Made by a program: the position numbers and the translations under genes. Positions 9,582 to 18,028 of a stretch of DNA of 64,000 nt are shown here, in pieces. Origin of the DNA: an uncultured Chloroflexia bacterium. Its GTDB lineage: Bacteria; Chloroflexota; Limnocylindria; Limnocylindrales; CSP1-4. The notes under the pieces were generated by a model. It was not told the DNA's origin. It was given only the letters and a program-made list of their open reading frames with translations, and searched no databases. The stretch is taken from positions 896,001 through 960,000 of the forward strand of contig CAWFXA010000003.1 in the NCBI GenBank assembly GCA_963819655.1, given 5' to 3'. Numbering within the stretch: position 1 is the first letter of the stretch; the number at the start of each line of letters is the position of its first letter.

Positions 9582-11161
9582 CGGTCGCTCCGCGCTCGCG
9601 ACGCCACCAGCTCGGCGACGGCGTCCTTGAAGGCACGCCCGCGGGCGGCGTAGTCCGGGAACATGTCGAAGCTCGCGGCGGCGGGGCTCAACAGGACGGT
9701 CGCCGGCCCGGCATCGCGTCCGGCGGATGCGAGTGCGGCGCGGGCGAGGCCGTCGGCGCGGGTGACTGCCTCGGCCAGTGTCGTGGCCCGCTCCGTGCTG
9801 GCCAGCCCGGCGCCTCGGAATCGCACCGCGAGGTCGGGGCCGCTCTCGCCGATGAGCACGGCGGCGACCGCCCGCTCGGCAACGACCGGGCCGAGCTCCG
9901 AGAGGTCGACACCCTTGTCGCGGCCGCCGGCGATCAGCACGACCGGCGCCGGGAATGCGCGGAGTGCGGCGATGACCGCGTCGGGCTGCGTGCCCTGCGA
10001 GTCGTTCACGAATCGAACGCCGTCGACGAGCGCAACCGTCTCGAGCCGGTGCTCGACGCCGGTGAACGCCGCCGCCGCCTCGCGGATGGCCTCGCGCGGG
10101 ATGCCGAACAGCAGACCGACGGCGATCGCGGCGAGCGCGTTCGAGACGTTGTGGGCGCCCGGGATGCCGAGCTCGTCGACCGGCATGATCCGATCCAGCA
10201 CGCCGGCCGCGGCGCCGATCGCAGCCGCCGACGGCGCGATCGGCCCGTCCCCTGCGATCGACAGTCGCTCGACGCCGTCCGCGACGATCCATCCGTCGAC
10301 CACGCCGAGACCACCGGGCGCTGGTGCCGAGCGCCGATACGTCACGACCGGCGCCGGACTCGATGACCCGTAGCCCGCGACGATCGGGTCCTCCGCGTTG
10401 AGGACGAGCGCTCCGTCGGGATCGACCCGCTCGGCGAGGATGCGCTTGACCCGTCGGTATGCCTCGAGCGAGCCGTGCCGGTCGAGGTGGTCCGAGGTGA
10501 CGTTCGTGTAGACGGCCACCGTCGTGCCGCGCGTCAGGGTCGGCAGCTGCAGCTCGGACAGCTCGTAGACGACGCGGTGGTCGGTCGTCAGCTCGGGCAG
10601 GCGCTCGACGATCGGGACGCCGATGTTGCCCCCGAGCACGGCCGGGTGTGCGGGATCCGCGGCAAGGATCGCGGCGGTCAGCGAGGCCGTCGTGGTCTTG
10701 CCCTTCGTGCCGGTCACACCGACCGTCGGGGCGACGCACAGCCGCAGGAACAGGTCCGGTTCGGACATCAACGCAGGCACCGACGGATCGCCGGCGGCTC
10801 GGGCCGTGACGAGGGCCTGAAGCGCGGCACGGAGTCGCGGCTCGGTCGTCGGGTAATCCGGGTTGATCGATGGCGAGGTCGTCACGAGCTGGGCATCCGC
10901 CCACGTCGTGGCCGGGTCGACGTCCGCGCCCAGCGCGAGCGTGACGGCGCGCGTTTCGAGGGCGGCGATCGCATCCCGGAGCTCGCTCGCGGGCCGGCCG
11001 TCGTACACGGTGACGCGTGCGCCGGTATCGGCCAGGAAGCGCGCCAGCGCGATGCCGCTCCGGGCCAACCCGAGCACCGTCACAGGCACGTCGTCGAGGA
11101 GGCCGCCGCGGATCGAATCCATGGTCAGCGCGTCCGGGTCGAGCGCGAGTCGGCGGGTCAT
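9578..11161 (-). CDS. murD: UDP-MurNAc-L-Ala--D-glutamate ligase
   Basis: GLARSG, GTKGKTTT, DHLDRH, EHRLE, NDSQGT, LSPAAASFDMF. Confidence 0.95.
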   Translation of the reverse strand: MTRRLALDPDALTMDSIRGGLLDDVPVTVLGLARSGIALARFLADTGARVTVYDGRPASELRDAIAALETRAVTLALGADVDPATTWADAQLVTTSPSINPDYPTTEPRLRAALQALVTARAAGDPSVPALMSEPDLFLRLCVAPTVGVTGTKGKTTTASLTAAILAADPAHPAVLGGNIGVPIVERLPELTTDHRVVYELSELQLPTLTRGTTVAVYTNVTSDHLDRHGSLEAYRRVKRILAERVDPDGALVLNAEDPIVAGYGSSSPAPVVTYRRSAPAPGGLGVVDGWIVADGVERLSIAGDGPIAPSAAAIGAAAGVLDRIMPVDELGIPGAHNVSNALAAIAVGLLFGIPREAIREAAAAFTGVEHRLETVALVDGVRFVNDSQGTQPDAVIAALRAFPAPVVLIAGGRDKGVDLSELGPVVAERAVAAVLIGESGPDLAVRFRGAGLASTERATTLAEAVTRADGLARAALASAGRDAGPATVLLSPAAASFDMFPDYAARGRAFKDAVAELVASRARSDR

Positions 11162-11172
11162 CACCGCGGCAC

Positions 11173-12162
11173 TCAGAGGAACCGGCCGGGCTGGGTGGCC
11201 ACGAACAGCGTCACGCCGAGCAAGGCCGCGAGGATGCCGACGATCCAGAAGCGGATCGTGATCTTCTCCTCGTCCCAGCCCCCGAGCTCGAAGTGATGGT
11301 GGATCGGGCTCATGCGGAACAGCCGCTTCCCGCCGGTCAACCGGAAATACACGACCTGCAGGATCACGGAGCCCGTCTCGAGCACGAAGATGATCCCGAT
11401 GAGCGGCAGGACGAGGATCTGGCCGGTGATGAGCGCGGTGACGGCCAGCGTGGCCCCCAACGACAAGGCGCCCGAATCGCCGATGAAGATCTGGGCTGGG
11501 TGGACGTTGAACCACAGGAAGCCCAGCAGCGCGCCGATGATCAACGAGCACAGAAGCGCGAGATTGGGCTGCGCCGGGTCGTTGAGCAGCGCGATGAGCA
11601 TGTACGCGACGAAGGCGATGGCGACGGTGCCACCCGACAGCCCGTCGAGTCCGTCCGTGAGGTTCACACCGTTGGCCGCGGCGATGATCGCGAAGGCGCC
11701 GAACAAAACGTAGAGCCACGGCTCCACCTCGACCGGACCCACGAAGGGAACGGGGATGGCGGTGATCACGTAGGTCTGCTGGATCTGCCAGGCCGCAACG
11801 AACGCGACGACCGTCAGCCAGATGAGCTTCTGCCGCGCCTTGATCCCCTCTCCGGTCCGCGCGTTCAGGTAATCGTCGAACGCACCGAGTGCACCGACGC
11901 CGGCCAGCGCCGCGAGCGGGGCGAACGTCGCAGCGTCGGGCTGTTGGAGGAAGAAGTAGATGCCGAGGACCACCACGACGATGAGCAACCCGCCCATCGT
12001 CGGCGTCCCTTCCTTCACGAAATGGCTCTCAGGCCCTTCCTGGCGGATCCTCTTGCCGAAGCCGATCGCATGCAACAGCCGGATGTACGGCGGCATGAGG
12101 ATCACGATCAGCGCGAACGCGAGCAGGAGACCCTGGATGAGCTCGACGGTCCCGACGGTCAT
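11173..12162 (-). CDS. mraY: Phospho-MurNAc-pentapeptide transferase
   Basis: KEGTPTMGG, NGVNLTDGLDGL, FIGDSG, PIHHHFE. Confidence 0.97.
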   Translation of the reverse strand: MTVGTVELIQGLLLAFALIVILMPPYIRLLHAIGFGKRIRQEGPESHFVKEGTPTMGGLLIVVVVLGIYFFLQQPDAATFAPLAALAGVGALGAFDDYLNARTGEGIKARQKLIWLTVVAFVAAWQIQQTYVITAIPVPFVGPVEVEPWLYVLFGAFAIIAAANGVNLTDGLDGLSGGTVAIAFVAYMLIALLNDPAQPNLALLCSLIIGALLGFLWFNVHPAQIFIGDSGALSLGATLAVTALITGQILVLPLIGIIFVLETGSVILQVVYFRLTGGKRLFRMSPIHHHFELGGWDEEKITIRFWIVGILAALLGVTLFVATQPGRFL

Positions 12163-13622
12163 CGGGCCACCTCACCGAGCTCGAGACGCAACGCGTCGAC
12201 CAGCCGGTCGAGCCCGATCCCCCGCGAGGCCTTGACGAGGACCATGTCGCCGTCGCGTAGCCGCGGCCTGAGGACGTCCAGCGCCTGGTCGGCGTCCGGC
12301 ACGACGTGGATCCTGCTCGGGTCGAGACCGGCGTCCTGCGCTCCGGCCGCGATGCCACCGGCCCCGGACCCGACGACCACCAGCAGCTCTGCGATCGCCG
12401 CGGCCGCCTCACCGACCGCCCGGTGTCCAGCGTCGTGCGCATCGCCGAGCTCGAGCATCTCGCCGAGGACTGCCACCCGACGTCCCGGCAGTCCCGCCAG
12501 CAGGTCGAGGGCCGCAATGACCGACCCCGGCGATGCGTTGTAGCTGTCGTCGATCACGGTCACGCCGCGCAGCCGAACGAGCTCCACCCGGTGCGGGGCC
12601 GCCCAGCCGCCTTCGAGCGCGGCCACGATCGAGTCGAGATCCAGACCCGCCGCCAGCCCGACGGCGGCGGCAGCAGCCGCGTTGTGGACCGACAGCCGGC
12701 CGAGCGTCGGGATCCGGACTGCCCGCTCGCCGGCCGGTGTCCGTAGCCGAAACGCCATGCCAGCCGAGCCACGCGTGGTCACGTCCGTGGCGCGAACATC
12801 GGCCGTGTCATCGAAGCCGTAGCGCACGGCCCGGGCGGCGCTGCGCCGATCCATGCGCGTGACGATGGGGTCGTCCGCGTTGAGCACCGCGGTCCCGTCC
12901 GCCGGCAAGGCCTCGAGCAGCTCGCCCTTGGCACGCTCCACGGCCTCGAGCGTGCCGATGCGCGACAGGTGGACCGGTTGCACCGCGGTCACGACGCCGA
13001 TCGACGGCCGCGCCATCGCGGCCAGGTCGGCGATCTCACCGGACACGTACATGCCCATTTCGAGGACCGCCGCGTCGTCGTCAGGCCCGAGCCGCAGCAG
13101 CGTGAGCGGCAGGCCGACCTCGTTGTTCTGGTTGCCCTCGGTCCTGAGGGTCCGCATCGCGCTCCCGAGGACGGCCGCGACCGCCTCCTTGGTCGAGGTC
13201 TTGGCGATGCTTCCCGTGATCCCGACGACAAGCGGATCGAACCGTCGCCGCCAGCCGGCCGCGACCGCACCGAGCGCGACCAGGGCGTCGGCGACGCGGA
13301 CGATCGTGACGTCCCCGAACACCGCCGGGTCCTCGACCTGGCGGGTCACGAGCAATGCCGCCGCACCGCGCGCGACGGCATCGTCGAGGTGGAGATGGCC
13401 GTCGGTCCGTTCACCCGGCAGGGCCACGAACAGCTGATCGGGGGTCACGAGGCGGGAGTCGACCGCGGCACCGCGGATCGGCCGAGCCGAGCGGGCGAGA
13501 AGCCGGCCGCCGGTCAGCCGCACGAGGTCGTCGGCGGTCAGGGCGAGCGCGGTGTCGGGCGGCGTCGGGACCGACGGGTCGACGTCGCTCACGGCGGCCA
13601 GTGTCGCACGGGGCCCACTCAC
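12159..13622 (-). CDS. murF: UDP-MurNAc-tripeptide--D-Ala-D-Ala ligase
   Basis: DSR, GITGSIAKTSTKE, NNEVGLP, DDSYNASP, LGEMLELG, VKASRG. Confidence 0.96.
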   Translation of the reverse strand: MSGPRATLAAVSDVDPSVPTPPDTALALTADDLVRLTGGRLLARSARPIRGAAVDSRLVTPDQLFVALPGERTDGHLHLDDAVARGAAALLVTRQVEDPAVFGDVTIVRVADALVALGAVAAGWRRRFDPLVVGITGSIAKTSTKEAVAAVLGSAMRTLRTEGNQNNEVGLPLTLLRLGPDDDAAVLEMGMYVSGEIADLAAMARPSIGVVTAVQPVHLSRIGTLEAVERAKGELLEALPADGTAVLNADDPIVTRMDRRSAARAVRYGFDDTADVRATDVTTRGSAGMAFRLRTPAGERAVRIPTLGRLSVHNAAAAAAVGLAAGLDLDSIVAALEGGWAAPHRVELVRLRGVTVIDDSYNASPGSVIAALDLLAGLPGRRVAVLGEMLELGDAHDAGHRAVGEAAAAIAELLVVVGSGAGGIAAGAQDAGLDPSRIHVVPDADQALDVLRPRLRDGDMVLVKASRGIGLDRLVDALRLELGEVAR

Positions 13623-15454
13623 CGGTCCGTCGCGGGAACGGGCTCGGCCACGATCCGGTCGTCCAGCAGGTCGGGCGTCCTGATCGCGTCGGTCGCGATC
13701 CGCCGGAACAGCTCAAAGGACATCACGGGCATCTCCAGGTGACCGAGGCGCGGCAGTCGCGGCCGGCCCTCCTCGATACGGACCGCGATCACGAGATCCG
13801 GTGCGCCGGCCTCGCGACTGATGTATCCGACGAACGAGAAGTTGAAGAGGTTGTGCTTCCAGTCCTTGGTCTTGGGATCCCAGATCTGGGCGGTGCCGGT
13901 CTTGCCACCCACGTGGTAGCCGGGCACCAGCGTCCGGTCGCGGTAATACGACACCTCCTGGACGACGTGATCCATCATCCGCAGGAGGGTCCGCGAGATC
14001 TTCTCGGGGACGACGCGACCCCGGTCTGACGCGGTCACGTCGCGCGACCCGACGCCGCTCACGACATGCGGTTGGACGAGCGTCCCGCCGTTGACGAGGG
14101 CGGCATACGCCGTAGCCAGCTGCATCGGCGTCACCGCGACGCCTTGGCCGAACGCCCCGTTGGCCAGATCGATCTCGCTCCACCGCGTGACCGCCGGGTC
14201 GCGGACGTAGGCGCTGGCAGACGCCTCGCCGGCGACATCGATGCCGGTCTTCTCGCCGAACCCGAGCTTGCGCCACGTGTCGTACAGCATCGCGGCCGAC
14301 TCGTTGGTCGTGTCGCCGAGGTCGAGGGCGACCTTCGCCGCGACGACATTCCGCGAATACGCGATGCCGTCCTCGAACGTGATCCAGCCCATCCCCCGGT
14401 GATCGGCGTTGTCGATCTTCGACTGCCCGTTGTCGAGACGCAGCGTGCCGACGTCCTTGATGCGGGTCGTCCGCGTGACGGTCCCCGACTCCAGGGCGGT
14501 CACCGCGGTCATCATCTTGAACACGGAACCCGGCTCGTACACGCTCGACACGACCGGGTCGATGAACCGACTGGGCGCCTCGGCGGCGATGGCGCGGTAG
14601 TCGTTCGCGTCGTACGACGGGTAGGTCGCCTCTGCGTAGACGGCGCCGGTGTACGGGTCGAGGACGACCGCCGACACGCTCTTCGCCTCATCGGCGATCC
14701 AGGCGGCGAGCAGCTCCTGCTCGAGGGCCAGCTGGAGGCTCGCGTCGACCGTGAGACGGATGTCCTCGCCGATCGATCCGGGCGCCTCGACCACGGCCGT
14801 CTCGGGCATCGGCCGCCCATTCACGTCGCGCTGGGCGACCATGATGCGCGGGTTGCCGGCGAGGGTCTCCTGGTAGGCCTGCTCGATGCCGTACTGGCCG
14901 TTGTTCTCGCGGTTGACGAACCCGAGCAGATGGGCAGCCAGGGTTGACTCGGGCCCGCCGCCCGATTGCGGATAGACCCGCTCCGGCTCCGCCTCGAGCG
15001 CGACGTGGACGATCCGCTCGTCGCGCAGCGCCTGTCGGATGCGCTCGGCCACGGACGGCTCGATGCCCCGGGCGATGACGATGTACGGCCGTTCCGATGC
15101 CAGCTTCTCGCGCAGCGTCGCGGCCTCGGCTTCCTCGAGCTTGAGGAGGCGGACGAGCTCGTTGCCGGTCTTCGTCCGTGCCGCCGGATCGCGAGCGAGC
15201 TGGTCCGCCGCCGCGACCAGGCGGTCCCGATCGATCGTGGTGGCAAGCAGGACGGTCCCGGTCCGGTCGTAGATGTCGCCCCGCCGGCCCGCGACCTCCA
15301 TCCTCACCATCGTCTGCGCCGCAGCGCGCGCCATCAGGAAATCCCCGTTCAGGACCTGCCAGTACGCGGTCCGCGCGAACAGCGCCAGCGAGCCGACGAC
15401 GAAGACCGTCAGCAGGACGAGGAGACGGCGGCGGGAATCGGTGCGGCCCAGCAT
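13619..15454 (-). CDS. ftsI: Class B penicillin-binding protein FtsI
   Basis: RGDIYDR dimerisation domain, EPGSVFK (SxxK), SRN (SxN), KTGTAQ. Confidence 0.95.
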   Translation of the reverse strand: MLGRTDSRRRLLVLLTVFVVGSLALFARTAYWQVLNGDFLMARAAAQTMVRMEVAGRRGDIYDRTGTVLLATTIDRDRLVAAADQLARDPAARTKTGNELVRLLKLEEAEAATLREKLASERPYIVIARGIEPSVAERIRQALRDERIVHVALEAEPERVYPQSGGGPESTLAAHLLGFVNRENNGQYGIEQAYQETLAGNPRIMVAQRDVNGRPMPETAVVEAPGSIGEDIRLTVDASLQLALEQELLAAWIADEAKSVSAVVLDPYTGAVYAEATYPSYDANDYRAIAAEAPSRFIDPVVSSVYEPGSVFKMMTAVTALESGTVTRTTRIKDVGTLRLDNGQSKIDNADHRGMGWITFEDGIAYSRNVVAAKVALDLGDTTNESAAMLYDTWRKLGFGEKTGIDVAGEASASAYVRDPAVTRWSEIDLANGAFGQGVAVTPMQLATAYAALVNGGTLVQPHVVSGVGSRDVTASDRGRVVPEKISRTLLRMMDHVVQEVSYYRDRTLVPGYHVGGKTGTAQIWDPKTKDWKHNLFNFSFVGYISREAGAPDLVIAVRIEEGRPRLPRLGHLEMPVMSFELFRRIATDAIRTPDLLDDRIVAEPVPATDR

Positions 15455-15473
15455 CGCTCGTTGGCTCCGACGA

Positions 15474-15857
15474 TCAGCGAGCCGGAAGCAGGACGGTCTC
15501 GCCCAGCTGGCCGAGGCCTGCGTCGAGTGCGAGCTTGCGGACGGCCGGCTCGCGACCCAGCCGGCTCAGGTCCGACGTGATCTCCTGGAGTCGCGCATCG
15601 AGGCGTTCGCGCTCGACCTGCAGCCGGCCGATGTCGTAGCTCGTGGCCGACACCCGGACCTGCTGGGCAAGGGAGAAGAACGCGAGCATGAATGCGACGA
15701 CGATCAAACCCAGCATCAGACCGGGGCGAGCCGTGGCCGTCCGATGGGCACGGACCGCAGCGCGGGCACGCCGCCGAGGCAACGACGGCGACTCGATGAG
15801 TCGCGGGCGTCGCGGCAGCGCGATGGTGCGGGGGCGTGCGCCCTCGTAGACGGCCAT
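15474..15857 (-). CDS. ftsL: FtsL-like cell division protein
   Basis: Basic N-terminus, one TM, coiled coil, A...GL tail; directly upstream of ftsI. Confidence 0.75.
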   Translation of the reverse strand: MAVYEGARPRTIALPRRPRLIESPSLPRRRARAAVRAHRTATARPGLMLGLIVVAFMLAFFSLAQQVRVSATSYDIGRLQVERERLDARLQEITSDLSRLGREPAVRKLALDAGLGQLGETVLLPAR

Positions 15858-15860
15858 CGA

Positions 15861-16058
15861 TCAGTCGGCCGGTGCGAAGCGGAACCGCGGCGCACGCGGA
15901 TCGAGGAACGACAGTGGGTCGGCGGGAGCACCGGAGCCCCATTGCTCGAGGTCGAGCGCGGACGCGTCGACATGCTGCCCACGATCGTGGCGTTCGCGGA
16001 CCTCGTGCTGGCGGCGGCCGTAGGCCTTGCGCCGACTGGTGTGGTGACGCTTGCTCAT
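15861..16058 (-). CDS. Small basic hypothetical protein (65 aa)
   Basis: Fills the rsmH-ftsL gap; GGAGG RBS; stop 3 nt before the ftsL ATG. Confidence 0.65.
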   Translation of the reverse strand: MSKRHHTSRRKAYGRRQHEVRERHDRGQHVDASALDLEQWGSGAPADPLSFLDPRAPRFRFAPAD

Positions 16059-16091
16059 GGGAGCCCCTCCTTCCGTCGTGATGGCTTGGGC

Positions 16092-17039
16092 CTAGGCGGC
16101 CAGTCGCTCGGCGGCCCGCAGACGGGCGCTCCGGGCGCGTGGATTGGCCTCGATCTCCGACGCGGTCGGGGTCACCGACCGGCGCGTCAGGAGTCGGAGG
16201 CGGGGATTCCGGCCGCACACGCAGACCGGGAGCTCGGGTGGACAGACGCAGCCCCGCCGCTCGGCGGCGAAGAAGCGCTTGACGATCCTGTCCTCGAGGG
16301 AGTGGTAGCTGAGGACGACCAGGCGACCACCCGGACGGAGCAGGTCGACCGCAGCGGCCAGGCCTTCCTGGAGCGCGTCGAGCTCCTCATTGACAGCGAT
16401 CCGGAGCGCCTGGAACACGCGCGTCGCGGGGTGGGTCCGCCGCCGCTGGCGTGGATTCGGCGGTGACACCCGCTCGACGAGCGCAGCCAGCTCTTCGGCG
16501 GTGGCGACCGGCGCCGTGCGCCGTGCGTCGACGATCGCACGCGCGATGCGACCGGCCTTCGGCTCCTCGCCGTAGCGGCGGAAGAGTGCGGTCAGCTCGT
16601 TCGCGTCGAGCGTGGTCAGGAGCTCGGCCGCCGGCACGCCGCGCGAGGCATCGAAGCGCATGTCGAGCGGGCCCCCGGCCCGAAACCCGAAGCCGCGCTC
16701 CGTGTCGGCGAGCTGGTAGCTCGACAGGCCGAGATCGAACAGGGCACCGTCGACGGCGCCGAAACCGGCGTCGCGCGCGACAGCGCCGATGTCGCGGAAG
16801 TTCGACTGGCGCAGGACGAGGCGGTCCCCGAAACGGGGGCGGAGGCGACCGTCCACTCTGGCGATGGCCGCCCCATCGGCATCGATGCCGAGGAGGCGGC
16901 CATCAGGGTCGGTCGCCTCCAGGATCCGCTCGGTGTGCCCACCGCCGCCGAGGGTGGCATCGATCTGGAGGCTCCCCGGCGCAGGCGCGAGCATCGACAT
17001 GACCTCCTCTGCCAGCACCGGGATGTGCCCTGCCTCCAT
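16092..17039 (-). CDS. rsmH: 16S rRNA m4C1402 methyltransferase
   Basis: HIPVL, DATLGGGGH, DLGLSS, PLDMR, FQALRIAVN.EL, SYHSLEDR, NPRARSA.LR. Confidence 0.97.
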   Translation of the reverse strand: MEAGHIPVLAEEVMSMLAPAPGSLQIDATLGGGGHTERILEATDPDGRLLGIDADGAAIARVDGRLRPRFGDRLVLRQSNFRDIGAVARDAGFGAVDGALFDLGLSSYQLADTERGFGFRAGGPLDMRFDASRGVPAAELLTTLDANELTALFRRYGEEPKAGRIARAIVDARRTAPVATAEELAALVERVSPPNPRQRRRTHPATRVFQALRIAVNEELDALQEGLAAAVDLLRPGGRLVVLSYHSLEDRIVKRFFAAERRGCVCPPELPVCVCGRNPRLRLLTRRSVTPTASEIEANPRARSARLRAAERLAA

Positions 17040-17100
17040 CTCTCCTCCACTCCTCGTCGATCGGATCCCGAGCGGACCCTGGAAGCGCATGTGGTGTGAG

Positions 17101-17529
17101 CTAGATCCCGAGGCCCTGGAAGGCCTCGGCCAGCTCGTCCGGGTCTTCGAGGCCCTGGGCGTACGTCGCCCAGGTCGACGGGACCCAGATCTCGGCGTGG
17201 TCGCGCGAGCCGACGACCACGGACTCATTGCCCAGATCGATGTGCTCGCGCAGGTAGGCCGGTAGCAGGATCCGGCCTTGGCGATCCAGGTCGACCTCCG
17301 CGGCGCCCGCGAAGATCAGGCGCTGGAAACGGCGGGCGTTCTGGTCGGTGATGGGCAGCGCCGCGACCTTCGCCGCGAGCGCGTCCCACCCCTGCTGGGT
17401 GTGGATCGCCAGGCAGGCGTCGAGCCAGCGCGAGACGACCGCGCCAGCTCCGAGCTGGGCGCGGAACTTCGCGGGGACGGCGATCCGTCCCTTGTCGTCC
17501 ACCGTGTGCCGGTACTCGCCGGTGAACAC
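17101..17529 (-). CDS. mraZ: Transcriptional regulator MraZ
   Basis: FTGEY.HTVDDKGR, DRQGRILLP, EIW. Confidence 0.97.
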   Translation of the reverse strand: MFTGEYRHTVDDKGRIAVPAKFRAQLGAGAVVSRWLDACLAIHTQQGWDALAAKVAALPITDQNARRFQRLIFAGAAEVDLDRQGRILLPAYLREHIDLGNESVVVGSRDHAEIWVPSTWATYAQGLEDPDELAEAFQGLGI

Positions 17530-17610
17530 CCGTAGGGGGCTCCTTGGACTGCCTGAGCTGGTCCGCTGGGTTCGAGGTCTCGACCTATCTCACGTGCCCT
17601 GGCCGCTGCT

Positions 17611-17640
17611 CCCCACTTCCCACCACTTTGGACCACTTCG
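17611..17640 (-). promoter_or_regulatory. MraZ-binding repeats (3x AAGTGG, 10-bp period)
   Basis: GAAGTGGTCCAAAGTGGTGGGAAGTGGGG just downstream of the promoter; GTGG(G) boxes at 10-bp spacing are the known MraZ operator. Confidence 0.85.
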
Positions 17641-17644
17641 GCGC

Positions 17645-17673
17645 ATCGTACGGCGCGATCCGGCCCGCGTCAA
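17645..17673 (-). promoter_or_regulatory. Sigma70 promoter of the dcw operon
   Basis: TTGACG-17 bp-TACGAT. Confidence 0.8.
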
Positions 17674-17744
17674 TGCACAAATAGGTGATCGGCGTTCAGG
17701 CTGAACGCGTGGAGCGTCGCGATCGAGGACGGCAGGATCGGGGT

Positions 17745-17990
17745 GGCGTCGCCCAGCAAGCGACATCGCTGGGCCGAGGGGCCGGGCTAAAGGGCCACAG
17801 CCACCTTTGCCGCCTGGCAGGCGACGCCTTGCCCCCGTGGAGTTCGGCACGCCGGCTCCCGGTCTCCTCGGCCACGTGCCGTCGTGTGGCAGGCGACGCC
17901 GCGGGTCGTTCGGGGTTTGCCTTGGGCTCGTCGACCCGTTTGGTCGCCTTGCACACGACAACCACTGGTCACGTCCGGGCGTCGCCCAGG
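17745..17990. ncRNA. Candidate structured non-coding RNA (unassigned)
   Basis: Three consecutive long stems found by eye; no convincing ORF. Confidence 0.4.
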
Positions 17991-18028
17991 GCCGTCTTCA
18001 GGCCTACCCCGCTCCTCGACCCGCTCGA

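Noticed and set aside
8235-11719. Apparent long N-terminal extensions or fusions of FtsW and MurD (also the 683-aa Sdh anchor ORF)
   Set aside because: Artefacts of open frames overlapping upstream genes; true starts are at ATGA overlaps or shortly after the upstream stop
17787-17975. tmRNA or Cys-rich peptide ORF ending AAKVAVAL*
   Set aside because: No tRNA-like ends or ALAA tag; poor codon usage (many CGA) and no RBS
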